NCBI RefSeq assembly: GCF_003918875.1
Contig: NW_025765780.1
Span: forward strand, 1,364,001-1,428,000
Reading direction: 5' to 3'
Origin: Haliotis rubra
Taxonomy: Eukaryota
Length of the DNA: 64,000 bases
In this document: in pieces, positions 37,209 through 50,600 of the stretch
How the letters are laid out: each line of letters starts with the position of its first letter
How positions within the stretch are numbered: position 1 is the first letter of the stretch
Position numbers and translations under genes: made by a program
Notes under the pieces: model-generated
The model's database searches: none
What the model was told of the DNA's origin: nothing
The model's input: only the letters and a program-made list of their open reading frames with translations

Positions 37209-38266
37209 GCAGGGGCGGATACAGCTTTTTGAGAAAGGGGGGTGCACACTCTTGAGAGATAATATTACAAGCATTGTCACTAAGGTGACATAATCCCCCG
37301 CCGCAAATTATCAAATCAAACTTATAAAGTAATGAAAGTTTAAGATGAAGTTATCTTGCTGTTAAGTTGTTCAAACACACACATATTTTCAAGACTGACT
37401 TTGACCTTGACATGAATGTCATAGTGTATGAAATATGCAAAACTAGTACTAAAGAAACTGCTTATTGAAAAACATTCAAGGGAGGTCTTGAAAGTCTATG
37501 AAGAAAATCCAGTGAACCGTTCTTAAAATATCTCGCTGACAATTCAGGTTAACATGCTGAAATCTTCAAAGTGTCGTCGTGACCCTAAAATGTATGTGAA
37601 GGTAACCAAAATTGACTGGGCCCTGGGCCTTCCATACATGAAGCTGGGTGACGAATATGAAGAAAATCCACTGAATATTGCTTGCGATATCTTGATGACT
37701 ATCTTAACATGCGATTTAGCACGCTGAAATCTTCAAAGTGTCTCTGTGACCTTGGAAATTAAGTGAAGGCTTGTTGTTACATATGAAGAAAATCCAGAGA
37801 ACGGTTCTTGCGGTAGCTTAACATGCAGGTTTACAAGCTGAAATTTTCAAAGTGTCGCCATGACCTTGGAAATTATGTGAAGGTCACCAAAATCAACTGG
37901 GCCCTGCGCCTTCCTCAGATAAAGCTTAGGGTTAAATATGAAGAAAATCCAGTAAATGGTTCTTGAGAAAGCTTAACGTGCAGGTAAAACTTTAAAAATT
38001 CCCTTGTGACCTTGAAATGAAGGTCATGGTCACCAAACCTGACTGACACCATCCTTTTACTGTGATGAACCTAGGTACCAAATATGAAAAGAATCCAGTC
38101 AACAGTTCTTAAGATATTCCAATTCGTACGTACGGACGTACGTACGGACGGACCGAGCCTAATACTATAATCCCCGCTTCGCGCTAAACGCGCGGCGGGG
38201 GATAATAAACTTTCAGGGCAAAAGGGGGGAAGGGGTGCGCACCCCTGCACCCACCCTCTGGATCTA
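37209..38266. mobile_element. Nested non-autonomous elements: a MITE (GCAGGGGCGGATACAG...CTGGATCT) interrupted by a Helentron-associated/pearl-like element (37267-38208)
   Basis: The inner element has subterminal inverted repeats ATCCCCCGCCGC (37293) / GCGGCGGGGGAT (38192), a TGTCAC-GTGACA hairpin, internal degenerate tandem repeats (GTGACCTTG, ATATGAAGAAAATCCA) and a (GTAC/GGAC)n microsatellite at 38125-38153. Confidence 0.65.
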
Positions 38267-38540
38267 TGATACAAACGAACTAAACGAAGCGTACATTTTC
38301 CTCAGGATCAGAATCTGCAATCTCAGCGGGACTCATTTTTTAATTTAAATAGTGTTTTGTTTCTGTAAGAGTTATATATTTTCACAAGGCTCTAGGTTAT
38401 CGAGGCCCCAAACTGTAGGTGTAATGAATTTAACAGATTCCAAACATTTCTGTACAAATGAGCTCTGAGTGGCGGCAGGGACTCACATATCCTGTTTTTT
38501 TATGGTTCATGGATAGACTACATACAAATGATATTAAAGT

Positions 38541-38694
38541 GTGTGTGTGAGTGAGTATGGTTTATAGCCGATGTTAGCAATATTCCAGCAATATCACGGT
38601 GGTGGACATCAGAAAATGCCGTCACACATTGAACCCATGTGGGGAATCGAACCAGGAGCGAACGCTTTAACCACTAGGCTACCCCCACCGCCCT
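38541..38694 (-). mobile_element. tRNA-derived SINE family 2
   Basis: Homologous to 51320-51485; TSD TGATATTAAAGT (38529-38540, 38695-38706). Confidence 0.85.
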
Positions 38695-40898
38695 TGATAT
38701 TAAAGTAATGTGATGTGTTGTGTATGTGTCGTGTACCCACTGGATGAAAATGCGTGATCATTTTATCGTTTTCAAATGATAATCATTGAAAGGGACGTGG
38801 CCTGTGATTGAATGTGTTCACTTAGAGATACATCGAAGGTACAAAATAATGTAATCTCCACGCCTTGAGTAGTGGCACCATCGGACTGCCCAGTGAGAAG
38901 GGTTTGAGTGAAGACACGACCAAGGTGGAGATAGCAGACAACACTCCAAGACACTGAGGGGTAACAACTCATCCACTTGTCCGCCCTCCAGACAGTATTA
39001 CTGTTTTCTCTAGTGTCTTTGGCGGCAATAAACCCTAAGCGCATGGTGTTTTGTGGTGTGTGCGACCAATCCGCACTACCAGATTTAGAGACATGTCATT
39101 AGTTACCCATAAACATTCAAAGCAAGCCTCTTCATTTCAGCACGTAAATGGCAATTCTGGAGCATATCACAGAAAGAATAGATACATAAATACACTGATT
39201 CGAGGAGTATTTGTACAGTTTTGTTTATATTGAGGAGACTGAGGAGAATTTAAACACTTGGATTTCAATGACATGGTGCAATTCCGTAAAGATGTAGCTA
39301 TTTCGGTTCAAATTTCACCTTGCACTATGATTCCTTGTGGGTTATTCTCAGCGCGTCTACGTTCTCACTGAACTTCCCATCCCGCCAGCCCCAGCATTCA
39401 TAACCCATAAATACCCACGGTGTTACCAGTCATCTGATACTGGCAGTACAGCGCTAGTCATCTGAAAATCAACTTGGCCTTTGCCCCCTACCTCAAAGCA
39501 GGCAGTGTGCTTGAGGGTCAACATTACATGAGCGCTCGACGGATGCAAGCTTATCACCGTCTCGCGCCATGCTGAGAGTCAAAAATATGGAAGCAAGAAA
39601 AAAAGGTTCCACTTCCCGGAAAATTTGAGGACAATTTATAATATCGAAACATTCTGCGAAAATACACTGTGGGTGAATCCTAGCTGTACATCATTCATGA
39701 TAAATTCATCAGGTTTTAATGGGTGCTGTAGATTATCATATAATCATGTACATAAAATATGCATTAATGGATCCCTGTTTTGTTGTTATAAATATTTTTT
39801 GAGCAGGCCAACGAGACTTTGGTACAGGAGGTTGGTTGAAAAGAGAATGAAATATTTACATACCCTTTCTAGTCAATACGTAGACACAATTACCATCTTA
39901 GGTTTCTTGCTTGTCGAATGTGGGCTTGCGCAACTAAAATACACCCGTTTCTATGGCAACTAGATAGATATTATCTAAAGGCCAAACTGTTCACTGTTGT
40001 TCTACGTCATCAATGCACAACTGCCGCTAGCAAAAAACTACAATTTATGTTTTCGAGTGTGCACCAACTATTGCTTTACGTATAGCGTTCTGTCTGACAT
40101 TCTGTACCGAGAGCCAGTTAACGGAGCACCTTCTCGCCCTCTGGCGGATGGGAAAGGCATCACACACAGTGCAATGCGTAGGAGAATCTGCTTTAGGAAC
40201 GCGGAGATAAAATATGCCAAGATACTGTCCCAAACTGATTGTAGTAGAGACTGTAGTATATTGGTGACAGAGCATCATGAATAAAATAACACTGGCATAA
40301 ATTGAACTGAACTAACTGATCCATTATAACATCAAACGCTTGCTTCAATCGCGTATGTGCAGTTCATATGAAGTTAAACGAAGTGAATATGAATCCCGCA
40401 AGACCTAATATACATTGTTACATACTGGCCGATCCCGGTTACCTTGGGGTCGGAACCCTCTGTAGATTATCGTTGAGCCTCCGAACATAAAAAAAAAATG
40501 AGTGCTTCAAATAGTTCCTTTGAATTGAAAAGGAGCACCAGTGCGATTCAGAATCTGAGGAAATCTAGGGCTTCAGCATATCAGAAAAGTCTCGGCTCCC
40601 GTCTGCATCTTGACAGAAACAAATAATTCCTGATAGATTGACAAGGAGCCCCAGTGGGATAGGAACAAAACCACACTATCAGATCTAAAGGTGATAATAG
40701 TTACAGAGCACGCCTCTTCAAATAAACACTTAGAGCTTCAGCATTTCAGAACAGACTCGGCTCATCGTATACATATAATCTTGACAGGAACAAATAATTC
40801 CTTTAATATTGAACAGAAGCCCAATTGGATGGGAACTTAAGGAAATGTAGACTTGCTTAGAGCTTTAGCATTTCAGAAAAAGCTGGGCGAAAGGGAAA

Positions 40899-41125
40899 TA
40901 TTGTCTGTGTCACAGTCCCTGAACCACATTAATGTGACTACTGCCTAGACGTCCCTGCAATGCTATAGTCCTAAACGAAGTCTAGCTTTCCCCAGCTTCA
41001 GGATCTACCATCTCACTGGAGCTCCTCTCAATTTAAATGGATTTATTTGTTACTTTTAAAATTATATTCATGGACTAAGCGTTAGCCTAGGGAAAATAAT
41101 GAGGTTCAGGGACTGTGAGACAGAC
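40899..41125. mobile_element. Small MITE-like element (~225 bp); related pieces at ~32300-32480, 37025-37170, 40520-40880 and 42978-43148
   Basis: ~29-bp inverted ends GTCTGTGTCACAGTCCCTGAACCACATTA / TAATGAGGTTCAGGGACTGTGAGACAGAC; shared internal motif CACTGG(G/A)GCTCC in the dispersed copies. Confidence 0.6.
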
Positions 41126-42714
41126 TAGGCGGAAAGTAGATGATGCGGTTCAGGGACTGTGAGACAGATTGGGCGAAAGGTAAATGATGCGGTTCAGGGA
41201 CTATGAGAAAGACTAGGCGGAAGGTAAGTGATGCGGTTCAGGGACTGTGAGACAGATTGGGCGAAAGGTAAATGATGCGGTTCAGGGACTATGAGACAGA
41301 CTAGGCGAAAGGTAAATGATGCGGTTAAGGGACTATGAGACAGATTGGGCGAAAGGTAAATAATGCTGTTCAGGGACTATGAGACAGATTGGGCGAAAGG
41401 TAAATAATGCTGTTCAGGGACTATGAGACAGATTGGGCGAAAGGTAAATGATGCTGTTCAGGGACTATGAGACAGATTGGGCGAAAGGTAAATGATGCTG
41501 TTCAGGGACTATGAGACAGATTGGGCGAAAGGTAAATGATGCGGTTCAGGGACTGTGAGACAGATTGGGCGAAAGGTAAATGATGCGGTTCAGGGATTAT
41601 GAGACAGACTAGGCGAAAGGTAAATAATGCGGTTCAGGGACTGTGAGACAGTTTGGGCGAAAGGTAAATGATGCGGTTCAGGGACTATGAGACAGACTAT
41701 GCAAAAGGTAAATGATGCATTTTTAGGGACTATGAGACAGACTAGGCTGAAGGTGAAAATGATGCGGTTCAGGGACTGTGAGACAGTTTGGGCGAAAGGT
41801 AAATGATGCGGTTCAGGGACTATGAGACAGACTATGCAAAAGGTAAATGATGCTTTTTTAGGGACTATGAGACAGACTAGGCGGAAGGTAAATGATGCGG
41901 TTCAGGGACTGTGAGACAGACTAGGCGGAAGGTAAATGATGCGGTTCAGGGACTATGAGACAGACTAGGCGAAAGGTAAATGATGCGGTTCAGGGACTGT
42001 GAGACAGTTTGGGCGTAAAAGGTAAATGATGCGGTTCAGGGACTATGAGACAGACTAGGCGAAAAGGTAAATGATGCGGTTCAGGGACTATGAGACAGAC
42101 TAGGCGGAAGGTAAATGATGCGGTTCAGGGACTGTGAGACAGATTGGGCGAAAGGTAAATGATGCGGTTCAGGGACTGTGAGACAGATTGGGCGAAAGGT
42201 AAATGATGCGGTTCAGGGACTATGAGACAGACTAGGCGGAAGGTAAATGATGCGGTTCAGGGACTGTGAGACAGACTAGGCGGAAGGTAAATGATATAGT
42301 TCAGGGACTATGAGACAGACTAGGCGGAAGGTAAATGATGCGGTTCAGGGACTGTGAGACAGACTAGGCGGAAGGTAAATGATGCGGTTCAGGGACTGTG
42401 AGACAGATTGGGCGAAAGGTAAATGATGCGGTTCAGGGACTGTGAGACAGATTGGGCGAAAGGTAAATGATGCGGTTCAGGGACTGTGAGACAGTTTGGG
42501 CGAAAGGTAAATGATGCGGTTCAGGGACTATGAGACAGACTAGGCGGAAGGTAAATGATGCGGTTCAGGGACTGTGAGACAGACTAGGCGGAAGGTAAAT
42601 GATGCTGTTCAGGGACTGTGAGACAGACTAGGCGGAAGGTAAATAATGCGTATCAGGGACTATGAGACAGACTAGGCGAAACGTAAATGATGCGGTTTAA
42701 GGACTGTGAGAAAG
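41095..42714. repeat. 44-bp satellite (~36 units)
   Basis: Unit GACTAGGCGGAAGGTAAATGATGCGGTTCAGGGACTGTGAGACA, highly homogeneous. Confidence 0.97.
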
Positions 42715-45700
42715 TTTATACCCCCTTGCTGCCCGGGACGATGACCCACAAATATACACTGACTTGGTTAAACGATAAGTGCCCAGTCGGACAAGAAAAA
42801 TAAAACAAATATTTCCTCCAATGCTGAAACTACTGTTATACCATAGGTCATGGGTTATCATTTGATAATTAATACCATTTTTGAACTTTAAGAAAGGATG
42901 TATGACATTTTATGAAAGATCACATGGCAGACTGAATCAAAATATCACACCGGACACAACCAGACACCGGTACGTACTTAGCCTAACGCTTAGTCCCTGA
43001 ATAAATGTAATTGTGATAGTAATCCGATTTTGATTGAAAAGGAGCCCCAGTGATTCATTGCCAGGGTAAATCTAGACTTGCTTCATTTAGGCCTCTAGCA
43101 GTGCAGGGAGGGCGAGACAGTAGTGAAAATAATGTGGTCCAGTGTCTGCAAGGACTAGTGCGCCGACATTCCGTCCAGTAGTAGGACATGTACAATATGT
43201 GTGTTGATACAAATCCATCCCTGTGAATCAGTTCCTACCAGTTACTAATTTATCATATACCTTGTATGAAGTTATCATCAAGATCAAACTGCAATCGCTG
43301 CCTGTTAGTGTATCGTGGATAATGTTGATTTGAGACACCATGACGTCACGGAAGTAGCGCCATTCATCACTGAATGACAACTGGTGGTGAGGTTATAGCC
43401 TTTCCCGTTACCAACTTAATCACTCGAAGGTTTGACTATTCTATTCAATATACCATACGATAATGGGAAAATCCCGAACTAGTTCTGTATATAGACGGGT
43501 ATAATGACTTGTCATGCACCTGGGATATTGCTGGGTGTAAGGTTAAACAAACAAACAAAGCGTCAGATCATATACATACCATACTGACAAAAGCACAGAA
43601 TAAGAAATTGCATAAAAGTAAATTACAAAAAAATAACAGTATGTTAATTTACTCATTACCTCTATCAGTATATTATCGCATATCATTTTCACATTTTGAC
43701 ACGCTTCGAAACACACTAAGTGTAAAACATCTTCACGAAAGTATGAAACTGATAAATATCAAACAGATAGCAATTAAACATAACAGACTATCATATTATC
43801 GTTATCCATGCGGGTAAAATGTCAATTCATCATTCGTTCTTCTGTACCAAAGATCATCATGCACACTGTTTACGTTGCCCCCATAATGGAAGACAGATCC
43901 CAGGCACTGCCAGCACACACAGCTGTCTAAGATACTATACAATATTTGTGTTAATGTCAAAACATAGATCACTATGAACAGGGTGAAAGCAGATGGGGGC
44001 GACATATTGGCCCCCCTCCCTGCGGTAGAATGCTGTGTACATCCTCCTCATCGCCGCTACACATACAGGTCCGCTGTGACCAGGGAGCATGCACTCAGCA
44101 CACATGCGAGGAGAATATTTATCTTACCACTCATTTCTTGTACAAATTCCACAAATTTAGGATCCGGCTTCTCATGTAATGTTCCTTAAAGCTTCCTGCT
44201 TTTGAAGGTTACTGTTTCTGGTCAGCGCCCCATCATATGGCAACAGTTACGGTAGAGGGTGATGTAGGTGAAGTACTCGATACCGCCACAGTTTCAAAGC
44301 TTCACTTCTAACTAAAATCGTCTCAATTACTTTTGGCCCAGTTCAGAACATACCAGCAACCGGAAGGAGAGTCTGCGATTGCCTCGCACGTGAGCGCGTG
44401 CGCTAGCTAGGGGTACACCTCACCCAACGTGAGAAGGATGGTATGTATTGCACTCCATGTCGTCAAAATGTGCCGCCAAAGATTGGTCGGGGGTTAATGA
44501 GAGGGGTGTTATGTTCTCAAACAAGATCGGCACGGTAGCCCCGGTGCTTATCTTTGAACTATTTTATCTATCCGACATATTTGGATGGTTCCCATTCATC
44601 AAGATTGTCCACTAATGCCGTTCAGATGGAGCTGCACGTAACGATGTGCCGGGTCGCCATGAATGAAAGTACCCAGTGTGTTGATTCTTGTAGGGAGGCA
44701 CTCAACCAAAGCGTTATCACACAGTGATATCTTACACTATCTGTCTTGATGAAGATGATGGAAGACATGTAAGACAGTTGGTTTTTCTCCCGACCCCCCT
44801 AATCGACCACTGCCTTAAAAAAAGGGTAATATTATAAAAAATCTCCACGCTAATATGTTGTCATTCTAGCCGAAAACAAACTGTCGCCTATCAATTTAAG
44901 ACAGATTAAATGTTTATAACGTCACCTCCCAAATAAAACCTGTATTAATTTATATGTGAAACCGAACACTTCACACGGAATTAGGTGGGGGTGAACCCTT
45001 GAAGTCTGATCCTTACATGGGACATTATCGGGTATCATTATCGGAATAGCTGCAACATTGCTAATGCGGGGTTAAGCATACTCATTCACCATCCAGCTAT
45101 CACAAATTACGGAAAACGCGATGTTATTCGCAAACACTTTCAACGTTCCCCGACCTAGAGCACCACAAGGCAGACACATTCGAACAGATGAAGTTACTAA
45201 AGCCAGGTAATTAATTAGCTGCGTCAGTGCTCTAAATTACGTACCAAGCAATGCAACTGTTTCGCATTAACAGAGAAAACACAGCCAATATTCGTCTTGT
45301 CTGATATTTGTGGAATCCGGACCATATGTCTGATTCCACCTTCCCCATGTGAGTGTCTCAAGTCAGTGTACCCCCCGCGGCACGTAAGTGGGATTCCACA
45401 TCTGTTCATAATTGCCTTGGCAATACAATATGACCGTGTTTCCAAATTGCCGTATTTCAATGTAGTTTTGTTCTGTAAATAAACGTATCGTGTTACCCTT
45501 GATCTCAGAGCTTTCTCCATTATCTCTGAGCTATATTCTGACGGGTAGGCAGCATCTCGCACACAGTACAACAGGTGGATACGATGCTCCAGTGGATGAA
45601 TGGGAAGATCATTTAAAGTCTTCGAATAATTCTTTGCCTCATACTTTTACTTTTACAGCCATGTGACCTACACTGTTACAACATTTCAGCATTCCACTTA

Positions 45701-45717
45701 CAGTGGATAACCTTAGG

Positions 45718-45827
45718 GATGACATGCGTCAACCAAATCAGCCAGTCTGACCACCCACTCCCTTCAGTTGGCTCTTACGACAAGCATGGGTTGCTGAAGA
45801 TCAATTCTAACCCGGATCTCCACGGGT
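45718..45827 (-). mobile_element. SINE family 1, 5' part
   Basis: CTCTTACGACAAGCATGGGTTGCTGAAGATCAATTCTAACCCGGATCTCCACGGGT matches 11076-11130. Confidence 0.75.
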
Positions 45828-47269
45828 GATAGGCTTGTACGATGTTATTACCTTCAGTGGCATAGCACTAAGAAATTGTCTTTCCATAAGAAGAACTCAT
45901 TAACATCAATAACAGATTGGATGCCGCTATAGACTCACGTGATTAAATAGATGATAGTCAGCGTGCTTTCGGAAGGACTTCAGAACAGTGGGTTGTTTGC
46001 AGGACGTCGATTTGCTGACGAAAACCATTCATACTTTGTCCGGTCGCAATATCCGTGGCTGCGGAATCTGCTTGTTGTTTCGTTGTCTGGTCTAATGAAC
46101 TCTGACGTTGCGCTGTTATATTGCTGATTGTAATTGGTTTCAAGTTGTCGCATCGACCGTCTGGATTACTAGAGTCCCTAAATCATAACTGGTGCCACTA
46201 CTATTACTTACATTCAAACGAACAACGGCCACAGACTGCTACTGTAGTCTGTCATACAGATTCTGAAACAAGTTTATCCAAGAAGGCCCATGCAAGTCTA
46301 GAATGTGTGGCAAGTCTAGATTTCCACATCTTCTGAAAATGAAAAAGTATCAAGGCTCCTTTTCATTATATTTTTGTTTATCATGAACTGTAAGATTGTT
46401 CATTTCAGAAGACTAGTTGTTAGCCTAACTGCTACTGTTGGACAGGCTAGACTACATCTTCTGCTACCCTCGCTAACGTTTTGGATGATCAGGCTCCCAA
46501 ATGACCGATTCACATGCTGCTCAGACTCGATTATTTACACCTTAAGTATTGCAGTGTGCAGCCTGAAACAGCACATAACACTAGTCCTGCTACATCCACA
46601 ACTACTACACCAAACTTTGTTGCTAGTTAATAAGAGGCGACGGGATAGCCTAATTGTTGAAGCCCACCCTTCTGGTGATATTGGTAAAAGCGGCGTAAAA
46701 CTCACTCACTCACTCGTTTGACTGTCTTAAGGAGCTTGTCAACAGATACTAAATTATATGCATTGTCTTTGATTTCGGCCACTTGAGAAACTCTACAGTA
46801 ATATTGTAGTGATGTTATAGATAATATTATAGATGTATGAATTAATGGTTATGTATATACTCATGCCAATAATGGTTGTCACCCCGGCCCCCTTCCCCAC
46901 TCAAACCCCCACACACCTCACACCCCCACCCCACACCAACTCTCCAACTAAAAAAATTGAAGGGAGTGACAACCATTATTGGCATGAGTGTACATGTAAG
47001 TGTGCTTATTATAAATATTGTAGAATAAACATAAGTATTGTATTGTGTAACAAAGTAGACAACGTAGAAGAACTAGTGTTTGTGTAGAATAGAAATAATG
47101 TATTAATATATGTACTTGCCGGAGACTCCCGGGATGACCGGCTGATGACCCGACAGGGTCAGCGGCCATGGGATATCCTGGGAGGCCTGAACGAAGCTCG
47201 GCAGTTGGGCTCTGGCCCGGAGAATATACGGCAGAAAGCTACATTCCCTGTGTTGTCGTATTTACAATG

Positions 47270-47435
47270 ATACGATGAGTGGGAATTGAAATTCTGTGCT
47301 CTATCTGTGAGAGGTTCCCGTGGCCAGTCGTATCTACAAAATACCTCATTGTACAAGATTTTCGCGACTTCAGTTGCTTGCATTGTCCTCAGGTGAAGTA
47401 GTTCCACCCATTGGAGAAAGCACACGCATCGATGA
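47270..47435 (-). mobile_element. Ty3/Gypsy-type integrase core fragment
   Basis: Translation FLQWVELLHLRTMQATEVAKILYNEVFCRYDWPREPLTDRAQNFNS...SSYH resembles the rve core (FSKWVEA.PL....A..VA..L...F.RYG.P..L.SD.G.NF). Confidence 0.7.
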
Positions 47436-48680
47436 CATATAGACTAACAACTATTCTCTGAAATGAACATATTTTACAGAAAAAAAACTCAAAGTGAAAA
47501 AAATAAAATATAATGAAAAGGAGCCCTGAGACTTTCTTCATTTTCAGAGACTAAACAAATCTGCAGAGGGATAATTTCTTGGAATTTCACAACATGTACG
47601 AAGGTCCTTATCAGCCATTACTGCTGAAATTGTCTGTGACAGGAATATTTATTGCCCCCAACACCTCCTTGTGCCACTGTCAGTGGCGTGGGCCGTTTTA
47701 GGGTAATGAGTATCAAGTGTCGCCAAATCTATTTTGAGAGGAAGCAGGGATACCAGCTAAGAGTATCATCTCTTGATATTCCTATGGCTGGACAACTGGA
47801 TCTAAAGTTACTTATTTTCTCCAAAATCCAAAGGTTCTGTCTGCACTATATGTGGAATTTTAATTGATGCTGCATCGAACAGGTGAAAATGTCTTTTTGA
47901 TTGAAGTACTAAGACAGAGCCATGTTTTCTGATCGAAAAATATTCACAGGGAATGTTCTACACACACTGTGTATAGAAAATGTTTAGGTGAGGTCACTCG
48001 TGTGGAGAATGCTTTGTGCCTTGTAAAGAAATCTGTAACAAAAGTGTACCTATCATGTGGAACTGACGTGGAAAAGATGTACAGTAGGATTCAAATTGTA
48101 TTTCTTTGGCAAAAGTAGAGACCTTAGATGCTGGTACATACTAATAAAAAACGGTTTTCGTCTTCAATCTATCGTTTTTTGCACACGAGGCCTAATCTGT
48201 CAATTTTAGTTTCTTTAACATATCTACCAGTTTAAATTCGAAGCCAGGGTGAAGAACATCTAAATTGAGAGAATATGTCTGATTTTAGCGACCCAGTTAG
48301 TTTTCCCCTTGGTACCATCTAGAACTAATAACTCATAAAAAAATTTCACAAATCTCGTGTCAGGCATATTGCATATTTTACACCAATAAGCAACGTCCCT
48401 TTTATAAGTAAAAATATACATTGGATAACGTCCACATTCTCACCTGACAAGATGATTTAACCCCACGAAATCGTTTACATGCAAACATTTGTAAAATTTC
48501 AACTTCTTTATAATTATCTGAAGCTATGGAAATCTAGACTTGCCACATTGTCTATACTTGCGTGGGATTTCTTCTGAAGCATATATTTACTTCAGGGTCT
48601 GTATGACAGACGACGAGGACATACTGATATCCATCTGCCGTTTTCTTCGGAGGGCCTACGATATCAACGTGTAACCTTGA

Positions 48681-49000
48681 GAGGTGAGGTGAGGTGAAAT
48701 TGGGTTTAACGTCGTGCTTGAGAATACTTCGCTCATATGACGACGTGCATGCGTGTGTATGTGTATGTGTGGCTGCTTGTGCTAGCCCAGACTTAAAGCT
48801 GGTTTACAGTGCTAGCCCACTGAGATACCATGCCGCAGTGAAGCATGAATACCCCACTCAGACACATTATACTGACTCCGAGCCGACCAGTCATTGTTGC
48901 ACCCATTAATGCCGAGCGCTAGGCAGGGACCAACAAGTACCATATTTTAACGTCTTTTGGTATGACGCGGTCGGGGATGGAACCCGCGACCTTCCGCTCA
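48681..49000 (-). mobile_element. tRNA-derived SINE family 3 (5'-truncated)
   Basis: On the minus strand: B-box-like GGTCGCGGGTTCCATCCCC, a conserved-looking core, tail GACGTTAAACCCAAT and (TCACC)n end. Confidence 0.7.
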
Positions 49001-49534
49001 CAATCAAGAGTAATAATGCCACCAGATTATACAGACTACTCTTCAACTACTGAGGGCAAGTAATACTGAGTGACCACGGGTTATTTCCTCTTTCAATAAA
49101 CATAATCACAATAATGCGTGATTATCATATCCGAGTGAAACCACTTCATAAAGGCGAACTGTTGTACTTCGTTAAGTGAGGATATTGCGTTTGATGCCCG
49201 ATGTAACGCCCTATTTTTACGTGTACTATTATGTTCTCGTGTTTTGCATATGCTAATGACGAGTGCCCCCTGTGGGGCAAGATCCCCTCACCATTTCACG
49301 AACACCTTTCATCATCACTAACTGATAGTGATTCAGAATTGCTTATGATATAGTCGGAATTGTACAATCGACTCTGCTTTGGGCAGACATTTCTAATGGA
49401 TAGGGAAAGGATTTTGTCGCTCTCATTAGCTTGTTATAAGTCGAGTAAATTTCATTGAAGTATCAGAAGCCAGCAATATCTTACATCATATAGGGCATAT
49501 GAGTGATTGTATCTTACATCATAAAGGGCATATG

Positions 49535-50310
49535 AGGATATACCCTCCCACTCAGAAATACACCTGCAGTATGTTTTTGTTCTGAGTTGGGTGAGAAGGA
49601 TATACCCTCCCACTCAGAAATACACATGCAGTATGCTTTTTTTCTGAGCTGGGTGAGAAGGATATACCTTCCCACTCAGAAATACACCTGCAGTTGGGTG
49701 AGATGGATATACCTTCCCACTCAGAAATACACCTGCAGTATGTTTTTTTTTCTGAGCTGGGTGAGAAGGATATACCCTCCCACTCAGAAATACACCTGCA
49801 GTATGCTTTTTTTCTGAGTTGGGTGAGAAGGATATACCTTCCCACTCAGAAATACACCTGCAGTTGGATGAGATGGATATACCCTCCCACTCAGAAATAC
49901 ACCTGCAGTATGCTTTTTTTCTGAGTTGGGTGAGAAGGATATACCCTCCCACTCAGAAATACACCTGCAGTTGGGTGAGAAGGATATACCCTCCCACTCA
50001 GAAATACACCTGCAGTATGTTTTTGTTCTGAGCTGGGTGAGAAGGATATACCCTCCCACTCAGAAATACACCTGCAGTATGCTTTTTTTCTGAGCTGGGT
50101 GAGAAGGATATACCTTCCCACTCAGAAATACACCTGCAGTTGGGTGAGATGGATATACCTTCCCACTCAGAAATACACCTGCAGTATGTTTTTTTTCTGA
50201 GCTGGGTGAGAAGGATATACCCTCCCACTCAGAAATACACCTGCAGTATGCTTTTTTTCTGAGTTGGGTGAGAAGGATATACCCTCCCACTCAGAAATAC
50301 ACCTGCATCC
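49535..50310. repeat. Composite 62-bp/45-bp tandem repeat; degenerate units continue to ~50770
   Basis: Core GGATATACC(C/T)TCCCACTCAGAAATACACCTGCAGT with or without a 17-bp ATGCTTTTTTTCTGAG(C/T) segment; 107- and 169-bp superperiods. Confidence 0.93.
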
Positions 50311-50392
50311 TGTGTTCGTCGTAGTAGGGTATAAGGAAAATGTTCTCAGACTCAGGAATACAGGTGCAGTCTGTTTTCTTCGTAGTTCAGTA

Positions 50393-50600
50393 ACCCATGC
50401 TTGTCGTAAGATACGACTTACACGATCGGGTGGTCACACTCGCTGACTTGGTTGACGCTTGTCATCGTATCCCAATTGCGTAGATCGATGCTCATGCTGT
50501 TGATCACTGGATTGTCTGGTACACACTCGATTATTTACAAACCGCCGGCATATAGCTGGAATATTGCTGAGTGCTCCGTTAAACAACCAAGCGACCAACC
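50393..50600 (+). mobile_element. SINE family 1, 5'-truncated
   Basis: ACCCATGCTTGTCGTAAG...GCTGGAATATTGCTGAGTG...TTAAACAAC. Confidence 0.8.

Noticed and set aside
43802-44260. Hydrophobic short ORF as a possible gene or first PLAC8 exon
   Set aside because: No recognisable motif and no convincing phase-compatible splice donor; cannot be supported without transcripts.
47142-47165. CTGATGA followed by a stem as a hammerhead ribozyme
   Set aside because: The required GAAA after stem II is absent (GGGTCAGC follows); kept only as a generic hairpin.
47700-48110. Possible decayed DNA-transposase fragment on the minus strand
   Set aside because: Only vague motif resemblance with many stops; not assignable without a profile search.
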